Below are positions 13,651 to 25,708 of a stretch of 64,000 nt of DNA, in pieces. The translations under genes and the position numbers were made by a program. The notes under the pieces are model-generated. The model saw only the letters and a list, made by a program, of their open reading frames with translations. It was not told the origin of the DNA and did not search any database. Every line of letters begins with the position of its first letter. The stretch's first letter is position 1. The stretch comes from Lingula anatina (taxonomy: Eukaryota; Animalia; Brachiopoda), in assembly GCA_051362555.1 (NCBI GenBank), contig CM120642.1, positions 26,598,001 to 26,662,000 on the forward strand, given 5' to 3'.

Positions 13651-14107
13651 GGTGAAGCCAAAAGACAACTGAAATAATATTTTAAGATTACATTTAACGT
13701 ATATTAGAGCTTATAAGAAAATAGAATTTCTAGAAAAATATTGTTAGCAAAACTGAAATTTAGTCGACAGTATTATTCACCTACACATTAAAAACCTTAT
13801 GACCTTTCCTATTCCAAGCGATATTTAATACGGCAACTTATCATACATTTTTATTAAAGTCATAGATCTAAACGATGTCTACATGTAAAAGGCCAAAAAT
13901 TAATATTCTTTTATTCGGCGCCATTTTAATAATTTTGCTCGAGATCGCCATGTGCCCTTGTGCCCTTCCAAAGATAACGAAAAACTCATAATATTTAGTT
14001 TCAAGTACCGCCTGTGATGTGAAAAACATTAATCCCAGGACACGTGGGTAATATAAAACTTAATAATTCACCATTTAAAAAACTGAAACCTGTATTTTAA
14101 TACTTAC

Positions 14108-14165
14108 CTGAAGACGGTGTACTAGTTTCCACTACTTCCTTTATATTTTCTCGCGAAATCTCGTT
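14108..14165 (-). promoter_or_regulatory. Probable PRPF38B first (5'UTR) exon/core promoter region
   Basis: Strong donor CAG|GTAAGT at 14108; TCTCGCGA-type motif at ~14150; ETS-like ACTTCC; YY1-like CGCCATTTT at ~13919 in intron 1. Confidence 0.45.
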
Positions 14166-14636
14166 TAACGTAATGAAAACGTTGCCTCAACCAACACAAT
14201 GCATTTCACAGTGCAACTAACAAAGCAATGTGATTGAAAAAAGTTTTCCCACTCTTTTGTTTCGTTAATCGACTGAAACTCGGGGGGTTTAAGGTAAAAC
14301 AACGGGGAAACGTAAGAATGAGATGGGAACATTTGTGACAATACGAAAAAAAAAATGAACGGAAAAGAGAGTTTCCTAGAGGATTCCAATAGGCCCTACC
14401 CATTTCTATTTTCCTGAAAATAATTCATTCATGCCATAGGAGTTTTCTACTTCTCTGATTCATACTAATGAATAGACTTACCGGGTACGAAAAGACCTAC
14501 CAACGACTTTCCTTTGAAGCAAAGAAACAAACAAAAATTTAAGTTTCAGCTGACGTCCTCATTTTGAACATACATGTGTAGAAGTACAATATATGTAGCT
14601 CTACTTTTAGGCCTATGTTTTGAAGTAGGCTGAGAC

Positions 14637-14945
14637 CAGTGGCGGATTTAGGGGGGGGGGGGATGCAGCGGGATCCTGACCCCCCCCCCCTTCGGTTTCT
14701 GGAAAAAAAACACACAAATATTCCCCATTTGAAGTTAGGAATTTGACCAACTAAATCATAGTTCTAAACGGTAGCCCTAAAACCGTACCAATTGGCACCG
14801 TTTGTTTTTCAAAATACCAAATTTTTTCTGGGCACCTTGAGCGGGCCCCTACCCCACGCCAAGGGGGCCGGGGGTTGGCATCGTATTTGAGGGATTGTTA
14901 AAAAAATCCGCCCCCCCCCTTCAAAGTATCCTGGATCCGCCCCTG
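14637..14945. mobile_element. Non-autonomous TIR element (CAGTGGCGGAT...ATCCGCCCCTG family), copy 1
   Basis: Terminal inverted repeats and G/C runs; strongly similar in ends and interior to 22151-22409. No clean TSD. Confidence 0.7.
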
Positions 14946-17900
14946 CTGTCTACCAGTTTTATTCATACCGTGCTGTATTTGATTCTACGTTTTATTTAAC
15001 AACTTTTCAGACAACAAAAGGTCTACATATTACGGAAATTTGACAAACATTCTATTTCGAAATGATCGCCAGTTGAGTATGCATTTCGTTGATTATATGA
15101 CCATTTCTCTATATGGGATATATCTGCATTGGTAAGGAGTGCCTGGAGGCGGTCGTGAATCGCAATGGAGTGCTTTTTTTTTCATACAAAATAAGTCCTC
15201 GTTGGTAGGTTTACCTAGAAAAGTTAATTTATTGTTGATAAATCAGTCAACATTTAAAACAAAAATGGCTAACAAAGGTGTGTTTATTATATCTTGTTTA
15301 CCTCTAAAAATTTGTAATCGTGCATTTGCCGCTGTTTTGGACGTTGCGTCGCGCTTATCGCCTTTTTTTAAAATGATAAAAATTGCCAAGCAGAGAAAAA
15401 ATTTACAGCTCTTAACTAGAAATATATGTCAGAATAGTTCTTGTTAGTTTTATTGATTAAAATAAATTGATTTAACTGACCAAGTTCGTTTGAGCGGCCA
15501 ACATAGGACACAGATAAGTTTAAATTCAGGTTTTTCTTAAGACGGAATTGGTAGCGGTGTAAAACTGTTTGGTGAATTTCACATTGATGGATTTTATAAC
15601 CTGCAGCTGCATTCATTTGAAATATAACGATCGAAATATAAGTTTTCAAGACGTGGCATCAAATTCCCAAATGACTGCATTTGAGTGGATTTAATCAGTA
15701 ATAAGTCATCTTGAAGTATGCAGAATTTTATATTTAAACATGAATTTTCTACTAAGAGTAAATAGTGCCCAAAAATGGGCCCTGTGGGTCTGCGACTTTC
15801 AATGCCATCGACCTTCTTTCGATCTTTCCTTTCGCCTGTCTTGTATATTATGCCTCTCTTTACTCATTCATAGCTGATTATGACGCGATATCTTAGATGT
15901 GGTGTTAATCGAGTATGCGACAAAAAATCTTCCATATCGAAAGTATCCGAGTTCTGCATCGTGAATTTATCACTAATATATTAATTAATAATTAATTTAT
16001 TTCATGCTTAATTCAAATCGTTTCGTCAACACACCGAATTTTAAAAAGTGTTTTTTTCGTGGGGTGGGGGAATCAATAAAAACGAAACCCCCTCTAGGAA
16101 ATTCCTAGATAGGACCCTATCTATAATGTGCCCCTTCACCAACAGCAAGAGGTGTTGGGTTCTTACATCTACAGCGGGATATATTTGTGTAAGATAGTTG
16201 ATTTTAGGGGCTATAATACGACTCGGGATAGTCTAGGTAACGGTTCTAGTTATGCCCGGAGGAAAAGTTACGCAAAACCAAAAATCAATTTTATTACCCG
16301 GACATTGCCTAGTTTTATGGAAGAAATCTACGTGACAGAAATCGCCAAATCTAAAATCAAGTTTGTGAAAAGGGGCAATTGAAAAGAATTTCGACTTTGT
16401 TAAACGAGCCGCGTGCATAGGCATTCAACTCCATTAAAATTAATTTGCAAGTCTGGCAATTATTTTACCATCTGTACACGCCTTCCGTTTTGTTTTTTAA
16501 ACAAAAAAAAAATGAGAAAATATAGTTTTATTCAACTGTTATATACAGTAACACTCAATTTCAAAAGTACTTCAGCAATAATTAATGAATCGTGTAAACA
16601 CTGTCTCAATAAATGGTAGTACCCGATACTCTCGGGCCGTGGGGAAAAACCCGTCTAAACCCTTCTGGGGAATGCCGGGAAAATGCCCACGCCCGGAAAA
16701 TTCCGTCAATAAAACATGACAACTTCAGTTTTTTATTGGCACGGCGCCCCGTTTTAGACAGTATGGTGCAACTGAATAAACTTTCTCTTGACTAAAAACT
16801 ATTCTCCATACACTAAACTGGCACACAAGATGAAGCGCAAGAATTTACCAAAATACATGTAATTCCCACTGAAAACAATCAAGACATATACTAGTCTTAA
16901 CACAAGTAAACTGAAGCTTATTTCAACTTCATCTAGGGGGATGAATCCATAAATAAAGTATCTCTATCCTTAAACAACTGAAAGCATACATCAGAACTTG
17001 GATATAGTTCTCTCTCGTGATAAAATATATAAAAGTTCAGGTAATATGATTATTAGCCAGACACATCAATGATTGAAATTAAACTTTGACATAACTGAAT
17101 AGAAGTTTCTCAAATGTAATTTTGCCCTGAAATAGCTATACCTTTATGATACAAAAAGAATAAAGCAAGCTTGCTTCGACATATTTCGTATTTCACATTA
17201 CACTGTATGACCGTCCATGCAAATTTCAATATGAATTATTGGGTCCGGAGAAAAAAGGTGCATATATGATTAATTGGATATATTTGTCAACTATAGCACT
17301 CGAGAAAATCATAATATTAGTAATATTAGTAATGTGCGATCCTCAACCTTGAGAGATGGCTGGGTGCACCCAGCCATCCCTCACGAGGAGCTGTGTACAA
17401 AAAAATATAATGAAATATTTTCTCAAACGTAAAATATTTCACTATAGATTTTGCACAAGCTATCAATGTAAAACCTCTTCATGTAAAAGCATTTACATCA
17501 AGTCGAATTTTACAAAGATGTGAGAGTTAGTTGAGGTAAGTGTGCGGATTATGACCTTCTCAAACGCTATACTGACAAACAACTCCACATTATCAAAAGC
17601 ACAAAAATGAAAAATGACTACATCACTAATATTGAAATATAACACAGACGACCATGAGTGGTGGCAATACCAATGGTTTGCGAATGTGGATAAAGCAACT
17701 ATATATATTCCATTTTAAATTTTAATAATAACTGTTGAGGCAGGCTTAAATTTTTCACACAAAACCACAATTCATCTTATATAATTGAACATTAATGGAA
17801 TTATGAACGATCATACTGAACTTGACTTTTCTCTTAAGCTATTCGAAAAAACGTTTCGCTGTCATAAGTGAAAAATGAAACTTACTAAATACAATTACAC

Positions 17901-18655
17901 CCGACCCATGGAGCGCAAAAATACTCAATATATAAAAGGCTTGATCGTGAGTACATTATTAGATTGAATTCCTCTTACATACAGTAAATCGCTCTTCATT
18001 ATCATTCCACATTCTCTAAATATTTTTGCAAACAAGCTGTGTCCTTAAAAACCAAGACTGCTAGGACGTCCGATCATAAATGAAAGTGGCTACAGGGGTT
18101 CCTTGCTAGTGCCATTAAGTGTTACGCATCTTGGACATTTGGGCTAGGATGGATGGTATCTGCGTTCCGGCATTATTCATGGAAAACTGCCCTTTCGTAG
18201 CCTACAAACGAAATATAACATGTTCACACGAAAGTATGAAAAGTAATTGAAAGCTTGGAGTAATTGCAACAAAGAACATGTATGTCACTGGTAATTACAC
18301 CCCGTTAATTCTAGAAAGTATTTTGATGTTTCATAGTACTTTGGCTGTTAAGACGATTATTTTATTTTACTTTCTTATATTTCTATAACACAACAAGTTT
18401 TAAAAAGAACTTGATTTAATTTTTAGTGTAACAATTGCACCCTAATTCTAAAATTGCAAGGGCTTGTTAATAATAATATAAAAATGCAATCTAGTTCAGT
18501 TTTATTAAAATTTGTATTCGGACCAGTGAATCCTGACTCAGCTCAGTACGTAATTTTAGGAAAGTTGAGGTCCGAATGGCCAGTATGGTAAAAAGTTTAT
18601 GGCAAAGACTACAACTGAAAAATCATTTTAGTCTATTTCTCTCCCCAATAATACG

Positions 18656-20943
18656 GCTTACCTTTATGGGTTTTCCATCTCAGTGAAACACCATATGCCT
18701 TGGACGCTTCCCCAATGCAGCCACCTTGTAGACAGACCATGGCAGGACTCGCTGGACGCTTCTCCAATGCAGCCACCTCGTAGACAGACCATGGCAGGAC
18801 TCGCTGGACGCTTCTCCAATGCAGCCACCTCGTAGACAGACCATGACAGGACTCGCTGGACGCCTCCCCAGTGCAGATACCTCGTAGACAGACCATGGCA
18901 GGACCCGCTTGGCGCTTCCCCAATGCAGCCCTCTCGTAGACAGACCATGGCAGGACTCGCTGGACGCTCCCCCAATGCAGCCACCTCGTAGACAGACCAT
19001 GGCAGGACTCGCTGACACCAAGGATTGATCGAAGTAGCGTAGATGTGGCCCTCTTCTCCTTGCAGTTGTCAGTGGAAGCTCTATAGAGAATTGTCGCAAT
19101 CGAGTTCTGTTAACAGAAAGAAAAACGGATTAATGACTTTTCCTACTTATGTCAGCACTCTGCATTCAGGCTTACCTTTCAGGGTTTTCCATCTCAGTGA
19201 AACACCACATGCCTTGGACGCTTGCCCCAATGCAGCCACCTCGTCGACAAACTATGTCAGGGCTCGCTGGACGCTTCCCCACTGCAGCAACCTCGTAGAC
19301 GGACCATGGCAGGACTCGTTGGACGCTACCCCAATGCAGCCACCTCGTAGACGGAACATGGCAGGACTCGTTGGACGCTACCCCCAATGTAGCCACCTCG
19401 TTGACAGGATATGGCAGGACTCGAAGTAGCTGAAGCGTAGATGTCGCCTTTTCTCCTTGCCGTTGTCAGTGGGAGCTCTATTGATAATTGCCATCATTGA
19501 GTCCTATTAACAGAAAAAAAAACGGATTAATGACTTTTCCTACCCATGTCAGCGCACTGCATTCAGGCTTACCTGTAAGTGTTTTCCATCTCTGTGTAAT
19601 ACCACATACCTTGGACGCTTCTGCAATGCAGCCACCTCGTAGCAGCCACCTCGTAGACAGACCATGACAGGACTTGCTGGACGTTACCCCAATGCAGCCA
19701 CCTCGAAGACAGTCCATGGCAGGACTCGCTGGACGCTACCCAAATGCAGCCACCTCGTAGACGGGCTATGGCAGGACTTGATGGCACCGAGGCATGATCG
19801 AAGTAGCTGAAGCGTAGATGTGGCCCTCTTCTCCTTGCAGTTGTCAGTGGGAGCTCTATCGAGAGTTGCCATAATCGAGTTCTGTTAAAAGAAAGAAAAA
19901 CGGATTAATGACTTTTCTTACTTATGTCAGCACACTGCATTCAGGCTTACCTGTAAGGGTTTTCCATCGGCCACCTCGTAGCAACCACCTCGTAGACAGA
20001 CCATGGCAGGGCTTGCTGGCGCCCAGGATTGATCGAAGTAGCTGAAGTGTAGAGGTGGCCCTCTTCTCCTTGCAGTTGTCAGTGGGAGAACTATTGAGAG
20101 TCGCCATACTCGAGTTCTGTTAAAAGAAAGAAAAACGGATTAATGACTTTTCCTACTTATGTCAGCACTCTGCATTCAGGCTTACCTGTAAGGGTTTTCC
20201 ATCGGCCACCTCGTAGCAACCACCTCGTAGACAGACCATGGCAGGGCTTGCTGGCACCCAGGATTGATCAAAGTAGCTGAAGTGTAGAAGTGGCCCTCTT
20301 CTCCTTGCAGTTGTCAGTGGGAGCTCTATCGAGAGTCGCCATAATCGAGTTCTGTTAAGAGAAAGAAAAACGGATTAATGACTTTTCCTACTTATGTCAG
20401 CACGCTGCATTCAGGCTTACCTGTAAGGGTTTTCCATCTCAATGAAATACCACATGCCTTGGACGCTTCCCCAATGCAGCCACCTCGTAGACGGACCATG
20501 ACAGGACTTGCTGGACGCTTCTCCAATGCAGCCACCTCGTAGACAGGCTATGGAGGGACTTAATGGCACCAAGGATTGATCGAAGTAGCTGAAGCATAGT
20601 TGTGGACTTTTCTCCTTGCAGTTCTTAGTGGGAGCTCTATCGAGAATTGCCATCATTGAGTCCTGTTAACAGAAAGAAAAACGGATTAATGACTTTTCCT
20701 ACCCATGTCAGCACACTGCATTCAGGCTTACCTGTAAGGGTTTTCCATCGGCCACCTCGTAGCAGCCACCTCGTAGACAGACCATGGCAGGGCTTGCTGG
20801 CACCCAGGATTGATCGAAGTAGCTGAAGTGTAGACGTGACCCTCTTCTCCTTGCAGTTGTCAGTGGGAGCTCTATCGAGAGTCGCCATAATCGAGTTCTG
20901 TTAAAAGAAAGAAAAACGGATTAATGACTTTTCCTACCTATGT
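18656..20943 (-). repeat. Higher-order tandem repeat: 7 exon/intron-like units, each containing 1-6 copies of a 52-bp minisatellite
   Basis: Units at about 18656-19175 (6 monomers), 19176-19572 (4), 19573-19950 (~3), 19951-20185 (1), 20186-20420 (1), 20421-20731 (2), 20732-20943 (1, truncated). Monomer CCCAATGCAGCCACCTCGTAGACAGACCATGGCAGGACTCGCTGGACGCTTC. The constant block reads on the minus strand as AG|GTAAGC ... ttttctttcttttaacAG (~69-nt intron). Confidence 0.9.
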
Positions 20944-22024
20944 ATGTAATAAGAAGAAACCTGGAATGCATGGAAATATATGCAATGACACTACAACAAT
21001 ATAGCCCACAACAGCAGAAAGCCGATGATGTATCCTGCGAAGATTCCTGAGCGACGATTCCTGAGCGACGATTCCTCGCGGAGAGAAGCGAAGATTCTAG
21101 CTGGCCAGCTTAGAGAAACGTCGAATCCACTGTACAGACGACTGCGTGTAGAAGAAACAATATGTCGGTGAGCGATGCGTTGACTTGGGACGAGGAAAAG
21201 ATTCGGAGAAATGTGAGTTGACTCCTTTGTCCTTTGTGTTTGAAACGGGGTGCAGTACATGGTATCTTCCTTGTTCCCCCATATCTGTCTGCGTTGAATG
21301 AACGCAATTTCAAAATTTTGCGCTTTTATACCTTCATTGATATAAAGTCACATGGTGGCGTTCCTGGTCAACTTGTTCATAGGGGGTGGCGTTTGATAAT
21401 GATGCCCACAATTGATTATAATATCTTTTTAACATACATGTTTTAAAACTACTTTTTATTTTGATTATTCTGTATATCATTTTTATTTTATGATAGGAGT
21501 AATAAGGTCTAAGCAGTGACTTCGAAATCTACAGGCAAATTTGATGACAATTTCTGAGCAACATACCTTCTCCCCAAAATTATGGTGGGCCCGATGTCCG
21601 TTAAACCGGTACAGGTAGCCGTGAACTTCTCGCAGGGCGCTATAGAACGTGTATTCGAACACTGATCCAAAATGTGGATAATGTAATAGGGCGTAGGGTG
21701 ACTGCATTTTCGAGGCAGCCTGAGGGAGCCTGATTGTTTTGATTGTAGTGAACTGTAGTGAGTCAATTGAAAGTACACTGGACTTAGCATATACAGCCAC
21801 TTCAGTACCCTCAAACATATTTTGTAATCAACTGAGTTGTTATTCTTTGAAAGGAAAAACAAGTTATTTTACGAAACGAAAAAAGGCAGCAGTAGGTCAC
21901 ATGAAATGTCTTGATTACTTTATACCAGGCAGTAGAAACAAATGAATATTTTTGTATATATAACGTCTACTGATATAGTTAATAATAAAAAACGGACGCC
22001 TCCATTCATGGCTTCAGGTTATCA

Positions 22025-22030
<6 letters not shown>

Positions 22031-22074
<44 letters not shown>

Positions 22075-22076
22075 GT
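22031..22076. repeat. (TG)n microsatellite joined to a poly-G run
   Basis: Direct reading of the sequence. Confidence 0.9.
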
Positions 22077-22150
22077 GCGCGTTAAAATAAAAAGACCCCC
22101 CTCGACCCGCCCCTGAATATAGCCTATTTAAACGCATGTCTAATAAATAG

Positions 22151-22409
22151 CAGTGGCGGATTTAGAGGGGGGTGGGTCAGAGGGGTCCTGCCCCCCCCTT
22201 TTCGGTTTCTGAAAAAAAAATCACACTGATATTTCCCTCTTGGAATTAGAATTTTGACTAGTTGATTTATAGTTCTTAACCATCTCAAGTGGCACTGTTT
22301 GCCCTCCAAAACACTCCAACGGGGCCCAGAGGGTCGGCTCCGCATCCGAGGTCTGTCATTCCTGAAAAGTCGGACACCCTCCCTTCAAATAATCCTGGAT
22401 CCGCTCCTG
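22151..22409. mobile_element. Non-autonomous TIR element (CAGTGGCGGAT family), copy 2
   Basis: CAGTGGCGGATTTAG ... CCTGGATCCGCTCCTG; homologous to 14637-14945. Confidence 0.7.
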
Positions 22410-23485
22410 GCTGAGATAATTAATCCTAGAATTTATGTAGTAAGGTGAACAAGGAGGGGGCATAGTAGGCCACATATAGGGCTTCTTGCTCTTCTTAATT
22501 AGATTCCGAAATGCCTATTTCTCCCCCCCCCCCCCCAAGTAGTCAGTGAGTAGGCCTACAGCTGCTTTATTCATGTGCTCCCCACCCCACCCGACATAGA
22601 TACCATGGATCCGCCAGCGAATAGGAAAGCAAAGCCAAAGCTTTTTTTTCTATTAAAAATAACATAGTCTTACGAATTTATAGGTCCATTTGACTTTGGC
22701 GTACGGTCTCTCGCCGTTAGATAAACTATCACTTTTCAGCAATTCCAAACTTTTGAGAAAGATTAATTGTCTCTGTAATGTATATTAGGACTAACTTTTA
22801 TTTCTGGGAACACCCCTTTCTCATTAGAGGTGCGTTTACCGGCGATACATCAACCGTTAGAGCAAGTGATGAACACGTGCCCTTAATGTTAAAACTCAAC
22901 ATCACCTTTGTCAACCATTTAAAGCCGTCTGCCCAGTTATTATTTGTGAATTTCTTTCGATCTGAACGAAATGCCATTTATAGCATCAGTGTGCGATAAG
23001 GAATATTTCCAACAAACGGCGTGTTTTTTCTCTCTTTCAGTCATTTCTTTATTTTTTTTGTTACAGTGCCTAACAAGTGCTATTCAATGTTATGAAGACA
23101 ATTAAAAATCTTAATTTGTATTAAAAAGTACGTTTTTATTTACAGATTTAATAATTCTTATAATAACAATAATATTTTTTTTCTTTATACCGCGCTGCAT
23201 ATACGTCTCAGGGCTGTTTACATACAAAATCTATAAGTATAAAGATGAATTAAAAATTAAAAATTAATATGCATGTAAAAGTAATATTTTTAAAGTTCAA
23301 TGAGACATGTAAATTAAACAAGGTATTATTTAAATGAAAAAAGATTTTAAAAATTTTTAAAGCTATGATAGCATTCATAAAAGAAACATTCCGTTTGTAA
23401 GTAGCAAAATTGTACTTTTTAAGGGCAATCCTGATGATTGTAGTTCGTTTATAGCAGGCGTAATGACTTTGAAATATACTTTTCA

Positions 23486-25708
23486 TCAAAAATCCAAATA
23501 CTTCATAATTCGTTCATAATCCTGCACCTTTTGGTACATCAAAGATAACCTTATGTTCAAGTCAGCGTTGTTTTCATATGTTCTCCCAAACAATGAGAGG
23601 GTTTTATTCATAACTTTAAGTGCTATTACTTCTACCACTGTCACAGCTATGGTGAACGTGGCCGTATCTGCGTACAGTGAGAAAACATTGATTGTCCGAA
23701 GCGCGAGACCCCAGAGCGCCAAACAGCTCAGTACTTTTAAAATTGACCAGAATATTCGAACTCGTAGAGGATGGTACATTTCAGTCATATATTCAAACAG
23801 ATCACGTCTGCAATATGCCATACGATACTGGTCAAAACGGAGATATTTTTCCAGTTGAAATTTCTCTAATGTGGCGATGATGTCTTGTGAGAGGCGTTTG
23901 TAATGGAGAACGGTTGTAGAATACTGGTGCACGAGAAGGAGGGGGAATCCCACAATCATGGTGGCATATTTCATACTCACTTTAGCCTGTAATATCAAAC
24001 CAACCAGGGTCATCGTTAATACGTCTGTGAAAAACATACACACACACAACACGAAGAAAGACAACATGACAAGTGCGATTACATTTCCTACAAAGAAATA
24101 AAATGTTCCGAAAAACCAAACAATTTGACGCACTTTTCGCCAGCGACTTTTCACTGTCTTTTGCACGTACAGCCGCCTGCATTCTTTAAACGAAGCTGAC
24201 AACAAAATCCACATAGTGATGGCCATTGGAGATAGTTGAAGGAGTCCAAAGAGGGATAATGCGACAAAATGTACCGTGTTTATTATTACCTTCGGAAGAA
24301 ACAGCAAAAAGACCAACTTAGAAAACAGTATGGAAACAATGAAGTTTTTAAAATTATGGAAAGACTGACTCGGCGATACGTGCCTTGCTTGGTACCTAAC
24401 AAAACCCCTGTCACATCTGAAGCAATATTTGAAAATCGACGTCCATATATTTAATGAGAGACCACATTTTAGTCGAAAATGAACAATCCGGACAATTTTT
24501 TCAAATAAAGTACTTTCGTGAGAGCCAGGGCAGTGGAACAACACATTGTTGAGTTTTATATCCCAAAAGCCTATAACGATATTGTTAGTAACTGGGAAAT
24601 TTTCCTTAATATTTCTTGCGACACACTGTTGTACTGAAAATGGTAAGAGAAATGTGATAGCAATCACGAGCCAAAGGAACCAAACAATGTAAGCTTGACC
24701 AGAGAGAAGACGGCTTTCCATGATGCAAATACTAACCAAGAAACACAATCTTAAAATTCGACCAGGAAAAGATAACAAATAGCATAGTATTGCGTGGAAA
24801 TTATATGGAGCAATATCTGCCCTCATCCATAGTTTTTCCGACGGAAATTGGGGATCTTTTGAGTTCTTTTCGTCGTTACAATTATTGTTATTGGCAAGGA
24901 TAACATCAAGAGGATTTTCATTAATTGTTTCCACGTCAGTCGTGACTGCATCACAATTTTCCACCTCCTTAACCGTTTCGCTTGGTAAATATCTCAGTAG
25001 TAAGGGTGAAAAATTCCATAACACCAGTGACATGATAAATGCATATAGATAATGCCTCCAAAGATAAACAGTGCTTCGGCCCTTTTGGCCGTAACATTCA
25101 TACATTGGAAATTGAAACGATTCGTGCTTAACCATAGCCTTGAACAATTTAATATAATAACCCATACTTGGATAGTGGATAAACGGAGAAATTTCCCCCA
25201 AAGAGTCTGTGTAATGGCATATAGATGTATCAGTGCCATTGTCATAGTGTTTAACAAATCGATGGACCATGTCGTGTGAAAGTACATACTTGGCAGTAGT
25301 GCAATTTCCCCCACAGACAACATCTAGGTCGAGATAATGTATTCTGTAGTAGAATGTTTGCAGTGAGGCCAGTAAGTGGTTTGGCGGGTACTTGAGAACG
25401 TCTTTGAAACGGTTCCTAATCCATACGAAATGCTGGTAATCACTGATCAAAGGTGCATTTGAGTCGTTGCTATGGTAACTCATGACACGTGCTCGGAAGT
25501 GTACAATCCCGAGCTTGAGGTCATCTGGTTTCAAATGTAAGTTTTTCCACAGGTAATGATGCGTTTTGAGATTATCCGTTGGAAGAACACTCACAAAACA
25601 GTCGTGTCTGCTTTGGTTATCACCCACAGTGTGTGCAAGGAGACATTTGGGGTCAAAAAGGAGCAGGTAAAATAAAAATACAATCATCCATAGTCTTAAT
25701 CGATGCAT
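23486..25708 (-). CDS. Uncharacterised 740-aa single-coding-exon multipass membrane protein with signal peptide and Cys-containing ectodomain
   Basis: 2.2-kb uninterrupted ORF in AT-rich DNA. N-terminal signal-like MHRLRLWMIVFLFYLLLF, ~190-aa ectodomain with N-glycosylation sequons, and roughly 9-11 hydrophobic segments. A splice acceptor (ttttatcatttcAG) just upstream at ~25725 implies a separate 5'UTR exon. Confidence 0.85.
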   Translation of the reverse strand: MHRLRLWMIVFLFYLLLFDPKCLLAHTVGDNQSRHDCFVSVLPTDNLKTHHYLWKNLHLKPDDLKLGIVHFRARVMSYHSNDSNAPLISDYQHFVWIRNRFKDVLKYPPNHLLASLQTFYYRIHYLDLDVVCGGNCTTAKYVLSHDMVHRFVKHYDNGTDTSICHYTDSLGEISPFIHYPSMGYYIKLFKAMVKHESFQFPMYECYGQKGRSTVYLWRHYLYAFIMSLVLWNFSPLLLRYLPSETVKEVENCDAVTTDVETINENPLDVILANNNNCNDEKNSKDPQFPSEKLWMRADIAPYNFHAILCYLLSFPGRILRLCFLVSICIMESRLLSGQAYIVWFLWLVIAITFLLPFSVQQCVARNIKENFPVTNNIVIGFWDIKLNNVLFHCPGSHESTLFEKIVRIVHFRLKCGLSLNIWTSIFKYCFRCDRGFVRYQARHVSPSQSFHNFKNFIVSILFSKLVFLLFLPKVIINTVHFVALSLFGLLQLSPMAITMWILLSASFKECRRLYVQKTVKSRWRKVRQIVWFFGTFYFFVGNVIALVMLSFFVLCVCMFFTDVLTMTLVGLILQAKVSMKYATMIVGFPLLLVHQYSTTVLHYKRLSQDIIATLEKFQLEKYLRFDQYRMAYCRRDLFEYMTEMYHPLRVRIFWSILKVLSCLALWGLALRTINVFSLYADTATFTIAVTVVEVIALKVMNKTLSLFGRTYENNADLNIRLSLMYQKVQDYERIMKYLDF

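Noticed and set aside
15000-18600. Short ORFs and CpG-richer patches upstream of PRPF38B
   Set aside because: No recognisable protein motifs or consistent exon chain; probably decayed transposon fragments that I cannot delimit.
18664-20888. Recurrent STRWL peptide resembling the hAT transposase TRW motif
   Set aside because: No other hAT transposase motifs nearby; a five-residue match within a tandem repeat is insufficient.
18656-20943. CRISPR-like array or repeat-protein gene (many overlapping ORFs in the track)
   Set aside because: The intervening sequences are themselves repeats, not unique spacers; the context is eukaryotic with no cas genes. The 52-bp period rotates the reading frame, explaining the near-identical ORFs in all three frames.
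23553-25323. Several 60-110 aa ORFs overlapping the 740-aa gene
   Set aside because: Alternative-frame or antisense by-products of a long coding exon.
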